A stretch of DNA of 63,561 nt, filler included, from Vannella sp. (taxonomy: Eukaryota): NCBI GenBank assembly GCA_023345925.1. It is 7 parts of 7 records of this genome, joined end to end, with 100 filler letters (N's around TTAATTAATTAA, not from the genome) between each part and the next. Parts side by side here need not be neighbours in the genome. Positions count along the whole stretch, not along the records: positions 34,529 to 45,337 come from JAJQQN010001224.1; positions 45,438 to 51,188 come from JAJQQN010001286.1; 5 more parts are not named here. One strand, given 5' to 3'. A model generated the notes under the pieces. That model saw only the letters and a list, made by a program, of their open reading frames with translations, did not search any database and was not told the origin of the DNA. A program made the position numbers and the translations under genes. Of this stretch, positions 34,703 to 45,589 are shown one piece after another (the stretch's first letter is position 1; every line of letters starts with the position of its first letter).

Positions 34703-37700
34703 ATGAGTTGGGAGGTGTCTTCGCGCTATTGGTACCAATTCATCCGCTCCTTTCGTCGGGGGTCCTTGCTAGGTGATGACAATGATGTGTTTATGCGAAT
34801 GCTTGAGACGTTGGAAAGCTCAGAAGCAGAGATGATCCCTTGTAAGGTGCAACTGCTCAGCTTTCTCTCTCAACACGCTCCCCGCTTCCTCCAGAGCTCT
34901 GCCAACCGGTCTCGCCTTCTCACGTTGCTTAAGTCCCTCTTATACGAACATCCTTGTTCTGCTCCCACTCACATTCACCTCATCCAGCAAGCAATGGCGA
35001 CTTCTACGCTCCTTTTGGTTCATTGCTTGACCACTCCGGCTTCCCTCACCACTGGGGAGGAGCTGGATGTGGTCTATGAGAAGCTCCTTCGCGAGATCTT
35101 TGAAGGGTTCGTTGAAGGGTGCCTGGCCATCCTCCGTGGAGCCAGTGGGGAAGAGTTTGACCATGAAACTGGCTCTACTGGCTCCTTCCGCGACATTAGC
35201 CAGTCCTTTGAGAGGAACCTTGTTAGAGTGGTCACTGACGTCACAGGTATCAACGTTGGAGGCCTCACAGGACGTTCACAAGAGCGCATTCTCCGCCAGA
35301 TGGCCGCCGAATGTCTGAGAGAGCTTGAAGAGTCCTTTCCTGGTCTCCTTGTTAACCATGTTGACGAGATCTTCTCTCTAGCGCAAAAAGAGCTCACACA
35401 TGCTGCCCAAGCGTACTACACTCTCTGCGCCACGTTATGTGTGGGAGAAGGATTCCCTTCGGAGGTTTCGGAAGCAAGTATGCCTCTAGGTTGTCCTTCT
35501 GCGCAAGTAGGATCCCCTTTGCTTCAAAGGCGTTCTTCAGGAAGCTCATTAAGACTCTCCTCGTCCCGTGTCTCTCTCCCGCACGTTAATACTCGAAAAG
35601 ACATTCCTGTTCTCCCCTTCACCTGCCCTGATAGTGTCCTTTCCCTCTTTATCACCTCCCAACTACATCCTCTTGATGAACCTGCTGCTTCAGAGGTCAC
35701 TGATGAGCAAAAAGAGGGAGAATCAGGCGGCTCTAAGAATTTACAATTGAGAAAGAGACTTCCCAGTGAGACTGGGCCGGACTCTCTTCAACGAATCCTC
35801 TTTACTCTCAGATCCACGCCTTACTGTAATAAGTGGGGTATCGAAAGTATGATAAGAATTGCCGTTCAGATGATGACCAATGACACAAATGATCCTTTTG
35901 GAAGCGAAAAGGCCGCTACAATCGTTGTGGGGCAAATGAGAAGTCTTTTTCGCCTATTCCAGCTCACCAACGATCTAACGCTCTTTGCTGCGTTGTATTC
36001 TGCATTTTTGGCCTTTCCAGATTACTTTGCTGAGGATCGGGAACCTCTCCGGCGGACCTTTTTTCGAGCACTGACCCCAACTGGAACACTAACCGTTACC
36101 ACTCCCAGTCTGAGACGCGAGGATGCTCAATCATTGCTTATCCAGTGGGCTCGTTCCTGTTTTCTGCAACTCCAACCTGACGGTATACTCCCTCCGTCAA
36201 GTCTGCCCTTTTTATACCCTTCAACCTTCGATCGACTGTCCAACAGAGGTCTGAAACTCCTCGCTTTTATCGGGTTCTCCTCTGCAAATACGAATCCTTT
36301 CAATTGGGAATGGATGAAGTGTCTAGCAGAATTCAGATATCTCCCATCTCAAGGGTTTGCCTCTGATGTGGTGGAGGAAGTTATCAAAGAGGCTTTAACC
36401 TTGTACTCTGATCCAGACACGCTGGAAGGTGCTTCCACTTTTCTCCGAGACCTTCTGATGGAGAGTCCGTCCTTCTTGAAGATCCTCCTCGCTCTCCTTC
36501 AAGCCAAAGACATTGCAGAGAACTCAAGGATTGAATTAATTGGGATGGCTGGGCACTTACTAACGCATGGTATTGACCCCTCAGCGCTTATCCATTTCCT
36601 CCCTCTTTTCGAGTATCTTCTTTCCTCCAAGGACGTGAATCCCTCTCAACTACTTCCTGCCCTTTACGAAATGGTTACAGAAAGCCCAATTCTTCGTCAC
36701 GGCTTTTGGGAAGACCAAAATCGGCTCCTTTCACTTATTCGGAAAATACTTATCATTCATCATCCTGCATGTGTCTATGGTGAAGTAGAGGCTATTCTCA
36801 CTGTTCTACATGAAGATTCGAACTATATTGATATCAGGGAACGAGCATACCTCTTGAAGCGGATGATTTCCTGCCTTCCACACACCCAACTTGTTTCTAT
36901 CCTTTCTCATCATCCTCTTGTATCCTTGGAGGATACAATAGAGAGCAGAAACACCTCTCCATATGGTCTTTCAGAAGCTAACTCTAACGGGATAGAAATG
37001 AGTGTCTCAGAGACTATTTCCCATTCCTCCCTTCTCAAGTTAATCCTTCGGCGAGCAGCCCCTGAACTAGCCCCTCCCGAAGAACACTCTATCAACATTA
37101 TGAATCTCCTCCATCTGAGCTTATTGGAACCTGCCCCTCCCCAACGCATCTGGGAGGAATACCAAAAGTGTCTCTTCGGGGCCCCGGATCCTTATCTCCT
37201 TCCACCTGCCAGCTTCCTTACGCTCCCCCTGGAGCTAGAGCTCGTTGAAGAACATGAAAGGGAGTCCTCCTTCGCAGGAGGAAGCTCCTGCGCTTGGGCG
37301 GTCTCCCTTTCGATGGTTCCGGAACTGGAAGCCGCACGGCCGCTCTTGGCTCCTATTCCAGTGATTATGGTTCCTTTCATGCGAGTGGGGGAAGCTTGTG
37401 TGAGAGCTCAGCTTCAGTACTCCCCTCTGTTCCCCCTTCCGGCCTGTTTGGAGGTCGCCGCGACTTGGCAACGCGAGGATAACACCCCTGTGGACGTGGT
37501 TCTGTCGCCTCTTTGTCTCTTGTTCACTGACCTTCTTCGCCCGTTCAAACTGCCAGAAGAGTGGCGCGTGGAGGGGGAGAAGGAGGACTTGCTCGCCTTT
37601 CTCTTCGCCCAAATGGAAGGGGCTCTTCCTTTGAGACCATTGTATGGACAATCTGTCAAAGCGTTTGCTTTTACACCTGATCAGGCTCTCCGCTGCCTTG

Positions 37701-37927
37701 CTGGAAGCTCCCTCTTGCAACAAATGGAAGTCTCTCGTCAAACGAATCCGGAAGACTCCTCCATGCGCCTCTCTCTGTTGGGGCACCTTCCTCCTCGCTA
37801 CCACTTACTCCTAAGCGTGTGTTTGATGCCCTCTCGTTGCTTGATCACGATCCTCACAGACTATTGGCCTTGCCTTCCTCATGTGGATGTCCTGTTGAGC
37901 TCCGTCTTTGCTTGTTCCATTCACTGA
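34703..37927 (+). CDS. AP5B1: AP-5 adaptor complex subunit beta-1-like
   Basis: Helical solenoid with RQMAAECLRELEESFPGLL and DIRERAYL; C-terminal HLPPRYHLLL...ILTDYWPCLPHVD resembles the AP5B1 C-terminus. Confidence 0.72.
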   Translation: MSWEVSSRYWYQFIRSFRRGSLLGDDNDVFMRMLETLESSEAEMIPCKVQLLSFLSQHAPRFLQSSANRSRLLTLLKSLLYEHPCSAPTHIHLIQQAMATSTLLLVHCLTTPASLTTGEELDVVYEKLLREIFEGFVEGCLAILRGASGEEFDHETGSTGSFRDISQSFERNLVRVVTDVTGINVGGLTGRSQERILRQMAAECLRELEESFPGLLVNHVDEIFSLAQKELTHAAQAYYTLCATLCVGEGFPSEVSEASMPLGCPSAQVGSPLLQRRSSGSSLRLSSSRVSLPHVNTRKDIPVLPFTCPDSVLSLFITSQLHPLDEPAASEVTDEQKEGESGGSKNLQLRKRLPSETGPDSLQRILFTLRSTPYCNKWGIESMIRIAVQMMTNDTNDPFGSEKAATIVVGQMRSLFRLFQLTNDLTLFAALYSAFLAFPDYFAEDREPLRRTFFRALTPTGTLTVTTPSLRREDAQSLLIQWARSCFLQLQPDGILPPSSLPFLYPSTFDRLSNRGLKLLAFIGFSSANTNPFNWEWMKCLAEFRYLPSQGFASDVVEEVIKEALTLYSDPDTLEGASTFLRDLLMESPSFLKILLALLQAKDIAENSRIELIGMAGHLLTHGIDPSALIHFLPLFEYLLSSKDVNPSQLLPALYEMVTESPILRHGFWEDQNRLLSLIRKILIIHHPACVYGEVEAILTVLHEDSNYIDIRERAYLLKRMISCLPHTQLVSILSHHPLVSLEDTIESRNTSPYGLSEANSNGIEMSVSETISHSSLLKLILRRAAPELAPPEEHSINIMNLLHLSLLEPAPPQRIWEEYQKCLFGAPDPYLLPPASFLTLPLELELVEEHERESSFAGGSSCAWAVSLSMVPELEAARPLLAPIPVIMVPFMRVGEACVRAQLQYSPLFPLPACLEVAATWQREDNTPVDVVLSPLCLLFTDLLRPFKLPEEWRVEGEKEDLLAFLFAQMEGALPLRPLYGQSVKAFAFTPDQALRCLAGSSLLQQMEVSRQTNPEDSSMRLSLLGHLPPRYHLLLSVCLMPSRCLITILTDYWPCLPHVDVLLSSVFACSIH

Positions 37928-38035
37928 TAAACCGCACATCTTCTGGGAGAAGCTGAGTGCGTAGGCCTTGGTTTATTGGAGTTGAGGACACGTGAAGGAC
38001 GAAGGAAGGGTGAAAGGAGGGACAAGCAGAGGATC

Positions 38036-38296
38036 TTACTTTTGGCTCTCCTGGGCTCGCTTGGTGAACTCTCTTGCCTTCTCAAAGTCCTGGTCGGCAA
38101 GATAGGTGGAAGCAAGCGCAGCGTTGACCTGTCTGTTGGCAGTCAAACCCTTCGCCAGTTTCTCAGCCTCCACAACATGGCCCTTTCGTGCAGCCAGCAG
38201 CAAGCTTTGTACCTGGTCATTCTGAGACGCGTACGTGCGGAAGCTGGTTTGGAAAAGGGGAGTGCTGCGAGCGAGCGAGGAGCGAAGGAACGACAT
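38036..38296 (-). CDS. Small probable mitochondrial protein; may continue in a further exon
   Basis: Arg/Ser-rich, acid-free presequence MSFLRSSLARSTPLFQTSFRTYAS with an R-3-type cleavage motif, followed by a TPR-like helical segment. Confidence 0.55.
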   Translation of the reverse strand: MSFLRSSLARSTPLFQTSFRTYASQNDQVQSLLLAARKGHVVEAEKLAKGLTANRQVNAALASTYLADQDFEKAREFTKRAQESQK

Positions 38297-38428
38297 CTCC
38301 TGAAGGTTACCCAAAAATGAGAACATTATTGCAAGCAAAGCTTGTTCAAGCTTCCTCCAAGAGTTCTACATTCTTTTTGAGTGATTTGATGGAGGCTTTA
38401 TCGTGTTGATTTACAGGGGTGACGCAGT

Positions 38429-38830
38429 TTATTGGCTCTCCTCCTGTCTCAAGCGAGCATCAGCGTTGATAACCTTGATGTTAAGCTGGGCAGCACGCTC
38501 AACGATGGACTTTCTCTTCTGGGAAGAGACGTTGTGGGCAATCTGGGCAGCGTAAGTGCGGTTGTGCATAAGAAGGATCTCGAGGTCGTTGGTGTTGTAC
38601 ACTCGGAACTTCTTGAAGCCGGACTGCAAGACGTGCTTGGTGATGCGGTTAGCTCCATAACCGATCTTGGGCATGCGGGTGAGGCCCTTGAACTTGCGGC
38701 GAAGTCTGTTATCAATACCCTTGGGCTTTCTCCAGTTCTCGTCGAGCTTGTGGTAGCGGTCAGACTGGTGGCGCTTGAAGGTGTTGGTCTTCTTCTTGAC
38801 GATCGTCTTGCGAATAAGAGGCTGGACCAT
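38429..38830 (-). CDS. RPL32: 60S ribosomal protein L32 (eL32)
   Basis: KIVKK-like N-terminus, [54 protein letters not shown]. Confidence 0.98.
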   Translation of the reverse strand: MVQPLIRKTIVKKKTNTFKRHQSDRYHKLDENWRKPKGIDNRLRRKFKGLTRMPKIGYGANRITKHVLQSGFKKFRVYNTNDLEILLMHNRTYAAQIAHNVSSQKRKSIVERAAQLNIKVINADARLRQEESQ

Positions 38831-39081
38831 CTACTCCCGTACTCTTGTAAGCATTAACCCATCACAAAGGCCTCTAGACAGCTGTCCTCCCGATTCACCA
38901 CTCACGATCACCACGAAGAAAAAAAAGGAGCCAAAGCAACTCCTCCCGAAAATTTCCGTCAGAACCAAGATGGAAGTTCATGGGGAAATGCGATTCCCAA
39001 TAAATACTGCACTAAATGACATTTAAACATTATCGCAAGGTTGTTCTCAATTACAATCATTCTTGTCGAGACCTTTTGGGC

Positions 39082-41310
39082 ATGCCAGAGCCCGCGCTTC
39101 CTCCAGTCCTTGAGGATGAGGTGATCATCCCGCCGATAGAAATCAAGCGTAAGCTCCCAACCGATGGGTGCTGGAGTTGCGCTCTAACAAGGGTGCAGAG
39201 ATCGTGGACAAGATGGCTTTGTCCGTCGCCAAGTCTGGGGAGCGGTTTGAGACGAAGGTGTGGGAGAGCATGTCAGACAACCCCAGGTTTGGCTTCATCC
39301 AGCCCAACCATCATTATCATGCCTACTATCGACAGCAACTGGACCTCTGCAAGTCTGCCGGTTCGAAGGGTAAGGGCTCTTTTGTAAGTCTCCCAGGCTA
39401 TCACTAAGCTTCAGAAGCAACCACAAGTGTCCAAGAGACAAACACCAAGGCTGCTGAGGCGCCAATGGAGGAGCAAGAAGCCCCAATGACGGCAAAGGAG
39501 AAGATGGTCCATGAACGGAAGAGCTTCCTCGATCGACTACGATCTGGTGCTGCTCTCCCCCCTTCTACTGCCCAAGAGATAGCACCTGAAGAGCCTCCCC
39601 GCTTCCGGTTCGTTTCAGAGATTCCTTTCTCGCAACTCACATCGCTTGATCTGTACGTTCCTCCAATCGAGCCTTTCAAGACGTTTGTCTCACCTCTTGG
39701 TCAGGGAGATCATCAAACTCACCGCCCAGTATGCTGCAAAGAACGGGGAACAGTTCCGCACGGGCCTGGCGACCAGGGAACGCGATAACTCCCAGTTTGA
39801 CTTCCTCAAGTTCGGTCATCCTTCGCACAACCTCTTCAACTCTCTGGTAGAGAGCTACAGCAACATAATCCGACCTCCGTATGACATTGTCGAGCAGTTA
39901 GAGGCTGCGAAGGCAAAGAGTGCCACGTTAGAATCCATTCTGCAACGAGTTGAATGGGAACGGTACCAAAAGAGACTGCAGAATGAAAGTAAGCAGGAAG
40001 TCTCTAAAAGGGAGCGTGAAGCCCGCCAGATGATCGATTGGCACTCCTTTGTGATCGTGGAAACAATCACCTTCCAGGAAGATGACCAGTTTGCAAGGCC
40101 ACGCGAGTTCAGCTTGGGCAACGCCACCTCAGAGCCGATCAATGGTGACGATGACATGGACATGGATATGGACATGGACATGGAGGTTGAAGCCACCCCT
40201 CCTGCGAATCTGCAGGTGAAGAAAGACTACCGACCCTCCTTCCCAGGCGCACAGAAAAAGACTATTTATCAAAAGTGCCCAGTCTGCTCCCAAGACATTC
40301 CTGTGGATGACTTGGACGAGCACGTTCGCATTGAGCTGCTTGACCCGCGCTTCTCCAAGCAACGTGAATCGCTCGCCAAGAAGCAAAACTCTTCAAGTTT
40401 AGCCTCTGGTATTGATATTGTCCGAGGACTGAAGAGCCTTCAGCCTCACAGAACGGATATCTTTGGTGATAACGAAGATATTGAGGTGAAAAAGGCAGAG
40501 GCACCTGCTCCTGGAAAGGTTATCTGGGACGGTCATTCAAACAGTGCGGCGCGAGCGACTTCGGCATCCTCCCTGAGCATTCAACAGCAGATGGCCATCT
40601 TCGAGGAGCGAAGCACTCTGCCAGTTGCAGGGGCATCTGAGGCACCTTCTTATTACGGGCGCGATAATGAAGTGAGTGATCAAATCCAATACTTGAGTAT
40701 CAGACTGACCGCTTTCCAGGATTCCAGAAGTTATTCCCAAGCTTCACTCCCTGTTCCTGGGTCATACGGCAAACCCCAACCGCTTCCTGTGTTCCCCATG
40801 GCACCAATGCCTTTCCAAGCTGTCCCATTGGGAGTGCCTGGCATGGGATTGGGAGTACCTGGCATGGGAATGGCAGCTCCCGTTCCCGTTGCCGCCCTTC
40901 AGACACCATTACCGCCGCCCTTCCAAGGGGAGCGACCCCCCATCCCTGCAGGAGAGCCCCCGTCAAAGAAGCAGAAAGTGGAGGGTACTGCAGCCATATC
41001 AGAAGCTGAATGGATCGCCACGCACCCCGAACCAATCATCCTCAAAGTGGCCATTCCCCTCCACGAGAACAAAAACGGCTGGAAACTGGATGGCCAGACG
41101 ATTGAGATACCCATCCTGGTATCTGAGAAGATCTCCGCTCTGAAAGAAGCCATTTGCACCGCTGTGAACGGACTTCCTGGCAACAAGCAGAACTTGAAGG
41201 TCGAAGGACTTCCCTACTTCAAGGACAAAGACTCTCTGGCCATCTACAACCTTGTCACTGGTACAGACATCGTTATGGGTGTCAAAGAACGTGGAAAGCG
41301 CCGCAAATAA
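39082..41310 (+). CDS. SF3A1: Splicing factor 3A subunit 1 (Prp21), multi-exon
   Basis: Two SURP domains (IIPPIEIK/EIVDKMA...NPRFGFI...YHAYY; IIKLTAQYAAKNG...QFDFLK), IDWHSFVIVETITF, EHVRIELLDP, VIWDGH and a C-terminal ubiquitin-like domain ending KERG. Confidence 0.95.
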
Positions 41311-41434
41311 ACCCAAACCAACCCTCTCGACATCACTTGGAGGGTTTGGGAAGGTCTGGCTCACTCTGTGAGAGGTTTAGCGAGGGGATGACGAAACATA
41401 GGTGTGAGGGTGTTGAGTGAAAGCTCTTCTATGC

Positions 41435-41806
41435 TTAGAGGGAGACGTTCCAAGGATGATCGAGATCGGGGCGGGCGAGGATCTGCGTGGTTGTAACGGC
41501 ATCGAGGTTGAGAGGCCCGTACAGGTGGGGGAATAGGACAGAGCTCTGTGGCTTGTATTCATCACTACCTTTAGCCCCCGTGGTATCCGGTGCTTCGAAG
41601 AGCAGTCGGCTGGAGAGTTTCGAGGTGTCAATGTGCAGCAGCAGCACTTCCCGCTCCTTCCCATAGAACAAGTTCAGAGTACCAGGTACCTGCTCAGCTC
41701 TAGACAAGTGAATGAAGCCTTGAGTCCCCAGAGAGGGAGCAATGTACTCCCCCCTCTCTTGGCCATCAGCCCACGCCCCCTCTGATGTGATATGAAAGAG
41801 GGCCAT
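41435..41806 (-). CDS. DUF952 family protein, intronless
   Basis: LFHIT...W...GEY..PSL...GFIHLS...QV...N.FY...LLL.ID...LFPHLYGPLN. Confidence 0.88.
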   Translation of the reverse strand: MALFHITSEGAWADGQERGEYIAPSLGTQGFIHLSRAEQVPGTLNLFYGKEREVLLLHIDTSKLSSRLLFEAPDTTGAKGSDEYKPQSSVLFPHLYGPLNLDAVTTTQILARPDLDHPWNVSL

Positions 41807-42660
41807 CAACAAATGACCTCCATCAAGGGTCATCGTCCCTCTAAGGGTCCAATCGAGATTGGTTTGCGGACGATCAGTGTTAACGTTGTTGAGTTCTCGC
41901 CCCTTCAGGCAGGGAACCAATGGCATGGCTCAGCATGTAGGTGCTTCCTCTTTAGGCTTGTTCAGTTGCCTTGCCGGGGGCTGGGGAGGGCTAGGAGAGG
42001 GGAGCGCATCCAAGAAGTCTGGCACTCTCTCGGGCTGTGTCTTGAGAGTAGGTTACAATCCAACACGCTATCCGTTAAGTCGAAACATCTCCATTATGAG
42101 GAGTGGGACGGCAAATACGAACCCTTACCATTTTGGGAACGCTTTCAGTGCGTTAGTGATTCTCTCCATTAGATCGCTCCATTTGAAGGGATTCTCGTAA
42201 GAATGGGTTTACTGGATAACGGTTCAGACGGCTTTGGATCACGTTGTCAACAATCGGAGACACAACCGAGATGAGATCAATTTGCTCATCACTGCAGGGA
42301 GCAGATGCTGTCGGGTATGCTTCCGAAAGTATGGAACGGGAGAATGCTGGGAAAGGCTTAGGCCAGCCTGCCAAACCAAACTTGACTCTTTTTCGCAGAT
42401 CTGTTCCCAATTAGAACGGAACTATCAGCGGCCATCACGGAATGCCCTGCCCACTCCTGCCTGCACAGAAAAGTTCCCAACCTTGGCTGACCAGCTCCCA
42501 CTAATCAGAAGGCTCCGAGTTATCACTAAGGCGCGGTTGCTGAAACTACCTGCTGGGCAGCGAGGGCTTGTCTACCCTGGATTCATCCATTTCCTCATGA
42601 ATTGAGCTCGTTTTGGGAGCAAGTTGCTCCTGAAAGGCATTTCCTTTTGGCTTTCCTCTG

Positions 42661-45081
42661 ATGGAGCATCAAGTGAAGGACCGAGAGGATCACTTGTTTG
42701 GAGAGGAGGAGGAGGGCCTTCTCTGCTTCTTTGCGCAGCCAGTTCAGATATCCCTTCTGTGTGGTCTTTGTGTGGATGGGGAGGACGTGCCAGTGTTCGG
42801 TTCTCCCCCATTTCAGCGCCCAAGTGCGGGAGAAGCAGCTTGCGTCTCCCAAGATCGCGTGAGCTTTCGGAACAAGCAATGGCTTTCGTATCTACTTGAG
42901 TATCTTCCCATTGCCACTGGCAAACTGAACGTCCCTTCGAGTTCTCACGGCGATCCCAAACTCCAGGCAGCCATCTTTCAAAAGGCGGGAGAAGTAGTCT
43001 CTCTCCCGTTGTCTGGAGGAGACACCTTTCTACGCTTGCTGGTTCAGCTTCCTTCAAAGTGCACTGGCGGTACAATCACACTCCGTGCCAACGGAGAGGA
43101 TCATCTGCTTCCCTTTGACAACGACCAGGCCATGTTTTGCGGCGGAATGGCGCTGTTTTATGCTGGAATGGAAGTTGGCTTTGAAGAACTGAGCTCAGGA
43201 GAGCGCACACTTCTAGTCTTTGACTTGGATTGGCTGTTTGTGGATGGGTCCCCTCCTCCAACGCTTGGTTTTCCCACACGAGCGTCTGAGCTTGCAGCGA
43301 TCTTTGAAATGTGGGAGAGTACCAATCCAGTGCTCATTTTGCCCACTCGTACTGATGTCGACAGCCTTTCTTGGGACTTTCGGCCCGGCCATTCTGGATT
43401 CAACCAAGAGGACTCTTTGAGGATTAGGCGCCTTGTTGAATGCAACCAATATCTATTAGAGGATGCGAAGATAAGAGTGTTCTTGGGAGAGATCGAACGA
43501 GTAAGTGAGATTCCCGAGGAGGCAGCCTATGTTGGAGAGAAGACAATATCCCGGAACATCATCTTGCAATGGTATGCGATGGACGGAGGGCCCTGCTTTG
43601 ATCCTCTTTGTTTTCCTTTGGAAGAAAAGACGGGACCATTCTCATCTCAGTTCAAGTTTTCTAAGAAAGAGAAAAAACATGGAAGGTTAAGGATTGAGCG
43701 GGGAATAGCAATCTTCGTTATCAAGACTGTTTTTTTGCCGGACGTGGTTTACTCTCGCACAGATACCCTATCATCCTTGACACGTCTGGTTCTCGAGTTG
43801 GGACCAGATGCCCCAAAAGTGCGCACTAAAGTGATCTGGTTCTTTAATAATCGGAAACTTCAGTTCGAATGCGTCACCCGACTTCTCCAAGGGTCAGCGT
43901 CTGCCATTCTATTTGCTTGGAACTTGCTCTCCTCAAAAGCCCAAGAGACAGAATTTCCTTCGATTATGTTCTACCCACTATGGCTGCGGTTTGCCAAAGA
44001 CTATCCTTCTAAAGACGACTTGGAGCTGCAGGAAAAGTGGCTCCAATCTGCTGAAAACTCCAAACAATGGGAGTATCCAATCTTGTTCTCCTTAATCGCC
44101 GAATTGGCCCGACCAAGCCTTCCACTTTCCATGAAACTCCGTTTGTCCAAGATTTTTGCAATGCAACCCCTCACAAGTTCGTCCTATAAGCTTCGAGAGG
44201 CAATTATCACCCTGCTTTACCAACTTTTCAAGGACCATCCTTGGAGCTTCCTTGAGGAAGAGCTGGAATGCAACAAGGTTCGTCTCTGGAAGACTGTTAT
44301 CTATCTCCTCTGTGAAAGGATTCCCGAGGCCTATTCAAAAGACCCTGACCCTTTTCTGAAAGCTTCGCACAAATCAATGAGGGAGGAAGGAGTTCCGCAT
44401 ATCTTTACCCGATGGATCAGAGACGCAGAGGAATCCAGAGAATATCGACACAATCTCACGATAGATGAGATTCAGGAATTCATACAAGAGTGTTATAGTT
44501 GTGAGCTTCATGAAACTATCGATGAACTGGCCAACAAACACATTCCTTCGTTGCCTGAATGTGATAAGCACAAATTGCTGGTGTGGGCCCGAAGCAACCT
44601 CCCAGACGGTGCTACTCTACGAATGATTGTCAAGCTTGCAGTGGAGGAGCGGGTTGTAAAACTCAAGCACATCGTTGCAACAGAGGGAGGAAATTTTGAT
44701 GGATCTTATCCTTTTGCAGTTTGCAAGGATCCAAAAATCCAGGAATTCTTGAGAGGCGTGGAGGCGGCGCTTTGCTTGGAGGGACCAAAAAATGATTATC
44801 AATATGCGACTATCAGATTCGAATTCGAGTGGAGGATACTTTGTACTTGCCAGTTCCACTCCGAGGAGTATCAGTGGTGTCGATCAGACCCGGGTTTCTC
44901 TGTTAATGTGGACATGGTAGAGGGACGGACCATCCTCACAAAAACTAGTGACTACTTTCTGCTGCAACAGAGGCTCATGGAAGAGCGAAAAGAAGAGCTT
45001 GCAGCACTTCTCTTGCTCTCAGGACCAACAAAGCGGGTATTGCCACCGAGCATCAACCCTGCCAAACGGAAATGTCCATGA
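42661..45081 (+). CDS. Hypothetical protein with a degenerate 2OG-Fe(II) oxygenase-like N-terminal domain (5' end uncertain)
   Basis: VSFRNKQW...LLVQLPSKCTGGTITL...ALFYAG...LSSGERTLLVFDL follows the DSBH strand pattern, but the HxD and distal His are absent. Confidence 0.6.
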   Translation: MEHQVKDREDHLFGEEEEGLLCFFAQPVQISLLCGLCVDGEDVPVFGSPPFQRPSAGEAACVSQDRVSFRNKQWLSYLLEYLPIATGKLNVPSSSHGDPKLQAAIFQKAGEVVSLPLSGGDTFLRLLVQLPSKCTGGTITLRANGEDHLLPFDNDQAMFCGGMALFYAGMEVGFEELSSGERTLLVFDLDWLFVDGSPPPTLGFPTRASELAAIFEMWESTNPVLILPTRTDVDSLSWDFRPGHSGFNQEDSLRIRRLVECNQYLLEDAKIRVFLGEIERVSEIPEEAAYVGEKTISRNIILQWYAMDGGPCFDPLCFPLEEKTGPFSSQFKFSKKEKKHGRLRIERGIAIFVIKTVFLPDVVYSRTDTLSSLTRLVLELGPDAPKVRTKVIWFFNNRKLQFECVTRLLQGSASAILFAWNLLSSKAQETEFPSIMFYPLWLRFAKDYPSKDDLELQEKWLQSAENSKQWEYPILFSLIAELARPSLPLSMKLRLSKIFAMQPLTSSSYKLREAIITLLYQLFKDHPWSFLEEELECNKVRLWKTVIYLLCERIPEAYSKDPDPFLKASHKSMREEGVPHIFTRWIRDAEESREYRHNLTIDEIQEFIQECYSCELHETIDELANKHIPSLPECDKHKLLVWARSNLPDGATLRMIVKLAVEERVVKLKHIVATEGGNFDGSYPFAVCKDPKIQEFLRGVEAALCLEGPKNDYQYATIRFEFEWRILCTCQFHSEEYQWCRSDPGFSVNVDMVEGRTILTKTSDYFLLQQRLMEERKEELAALLLLSGPTKRVLPPSINPAKRKCP

Positions 45082-45337
45082 ACATCCATTGAAAGACTTT
45101 TCTGTGATTCAATCGAAAGTAAAGCTCTTTCTATTGGAAAGTTAATGAGGCCTCCGACATGCAGCTCATCAATTTGTCGTTTCAAAATTTTGGCGGTTTC
45201 CATCTTTCTAAGGACTGCTCACGATCTAGTTAGACGTTCTTGGACTCCCCAGTGTCCCAAGGTAGTCACAATCCCTGGCACGAAAACAGGAAGACGCCTT
45301 GTTCCAGCTTTTGGGAGAAATGAAAAAAGGATCCGTT

Positions 45338-45437
45338 NNNNNNNNNNNNNNNNNNNNNNNNNNNNNNNNNNNNNNNNNNNNTTAATTAATTAANNNNNNN
45401 NNNNNNNNNNNNNNNNNNNNNNNNNNNNNNNNNNNNN
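45338..45437. other. Artificial contig spacer
   Basis: N-run/TTAATTAATTAA/N-run. Confidence 0.98.
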
Positions 45438-45589
45438 CGACGCAGCGAGAGCGTGGCCTGCGTCGGACAGCCAAGAAAAAAGGGGTGAATGAAGGATCAT
45501 TGCAAAGCCACTGGTTTATTTGAGGCAAAGCGGACGGTGGAGGCAAGCGGATGCGCCCCATTGATGAGGAGGATGGCTGGGCCAGGAAG

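Noticed and set aside
40151..40185. GACATG tandem repeat
   Set aside because: Encodes the DMDMDM low-complexity linker normal in SF3A1.
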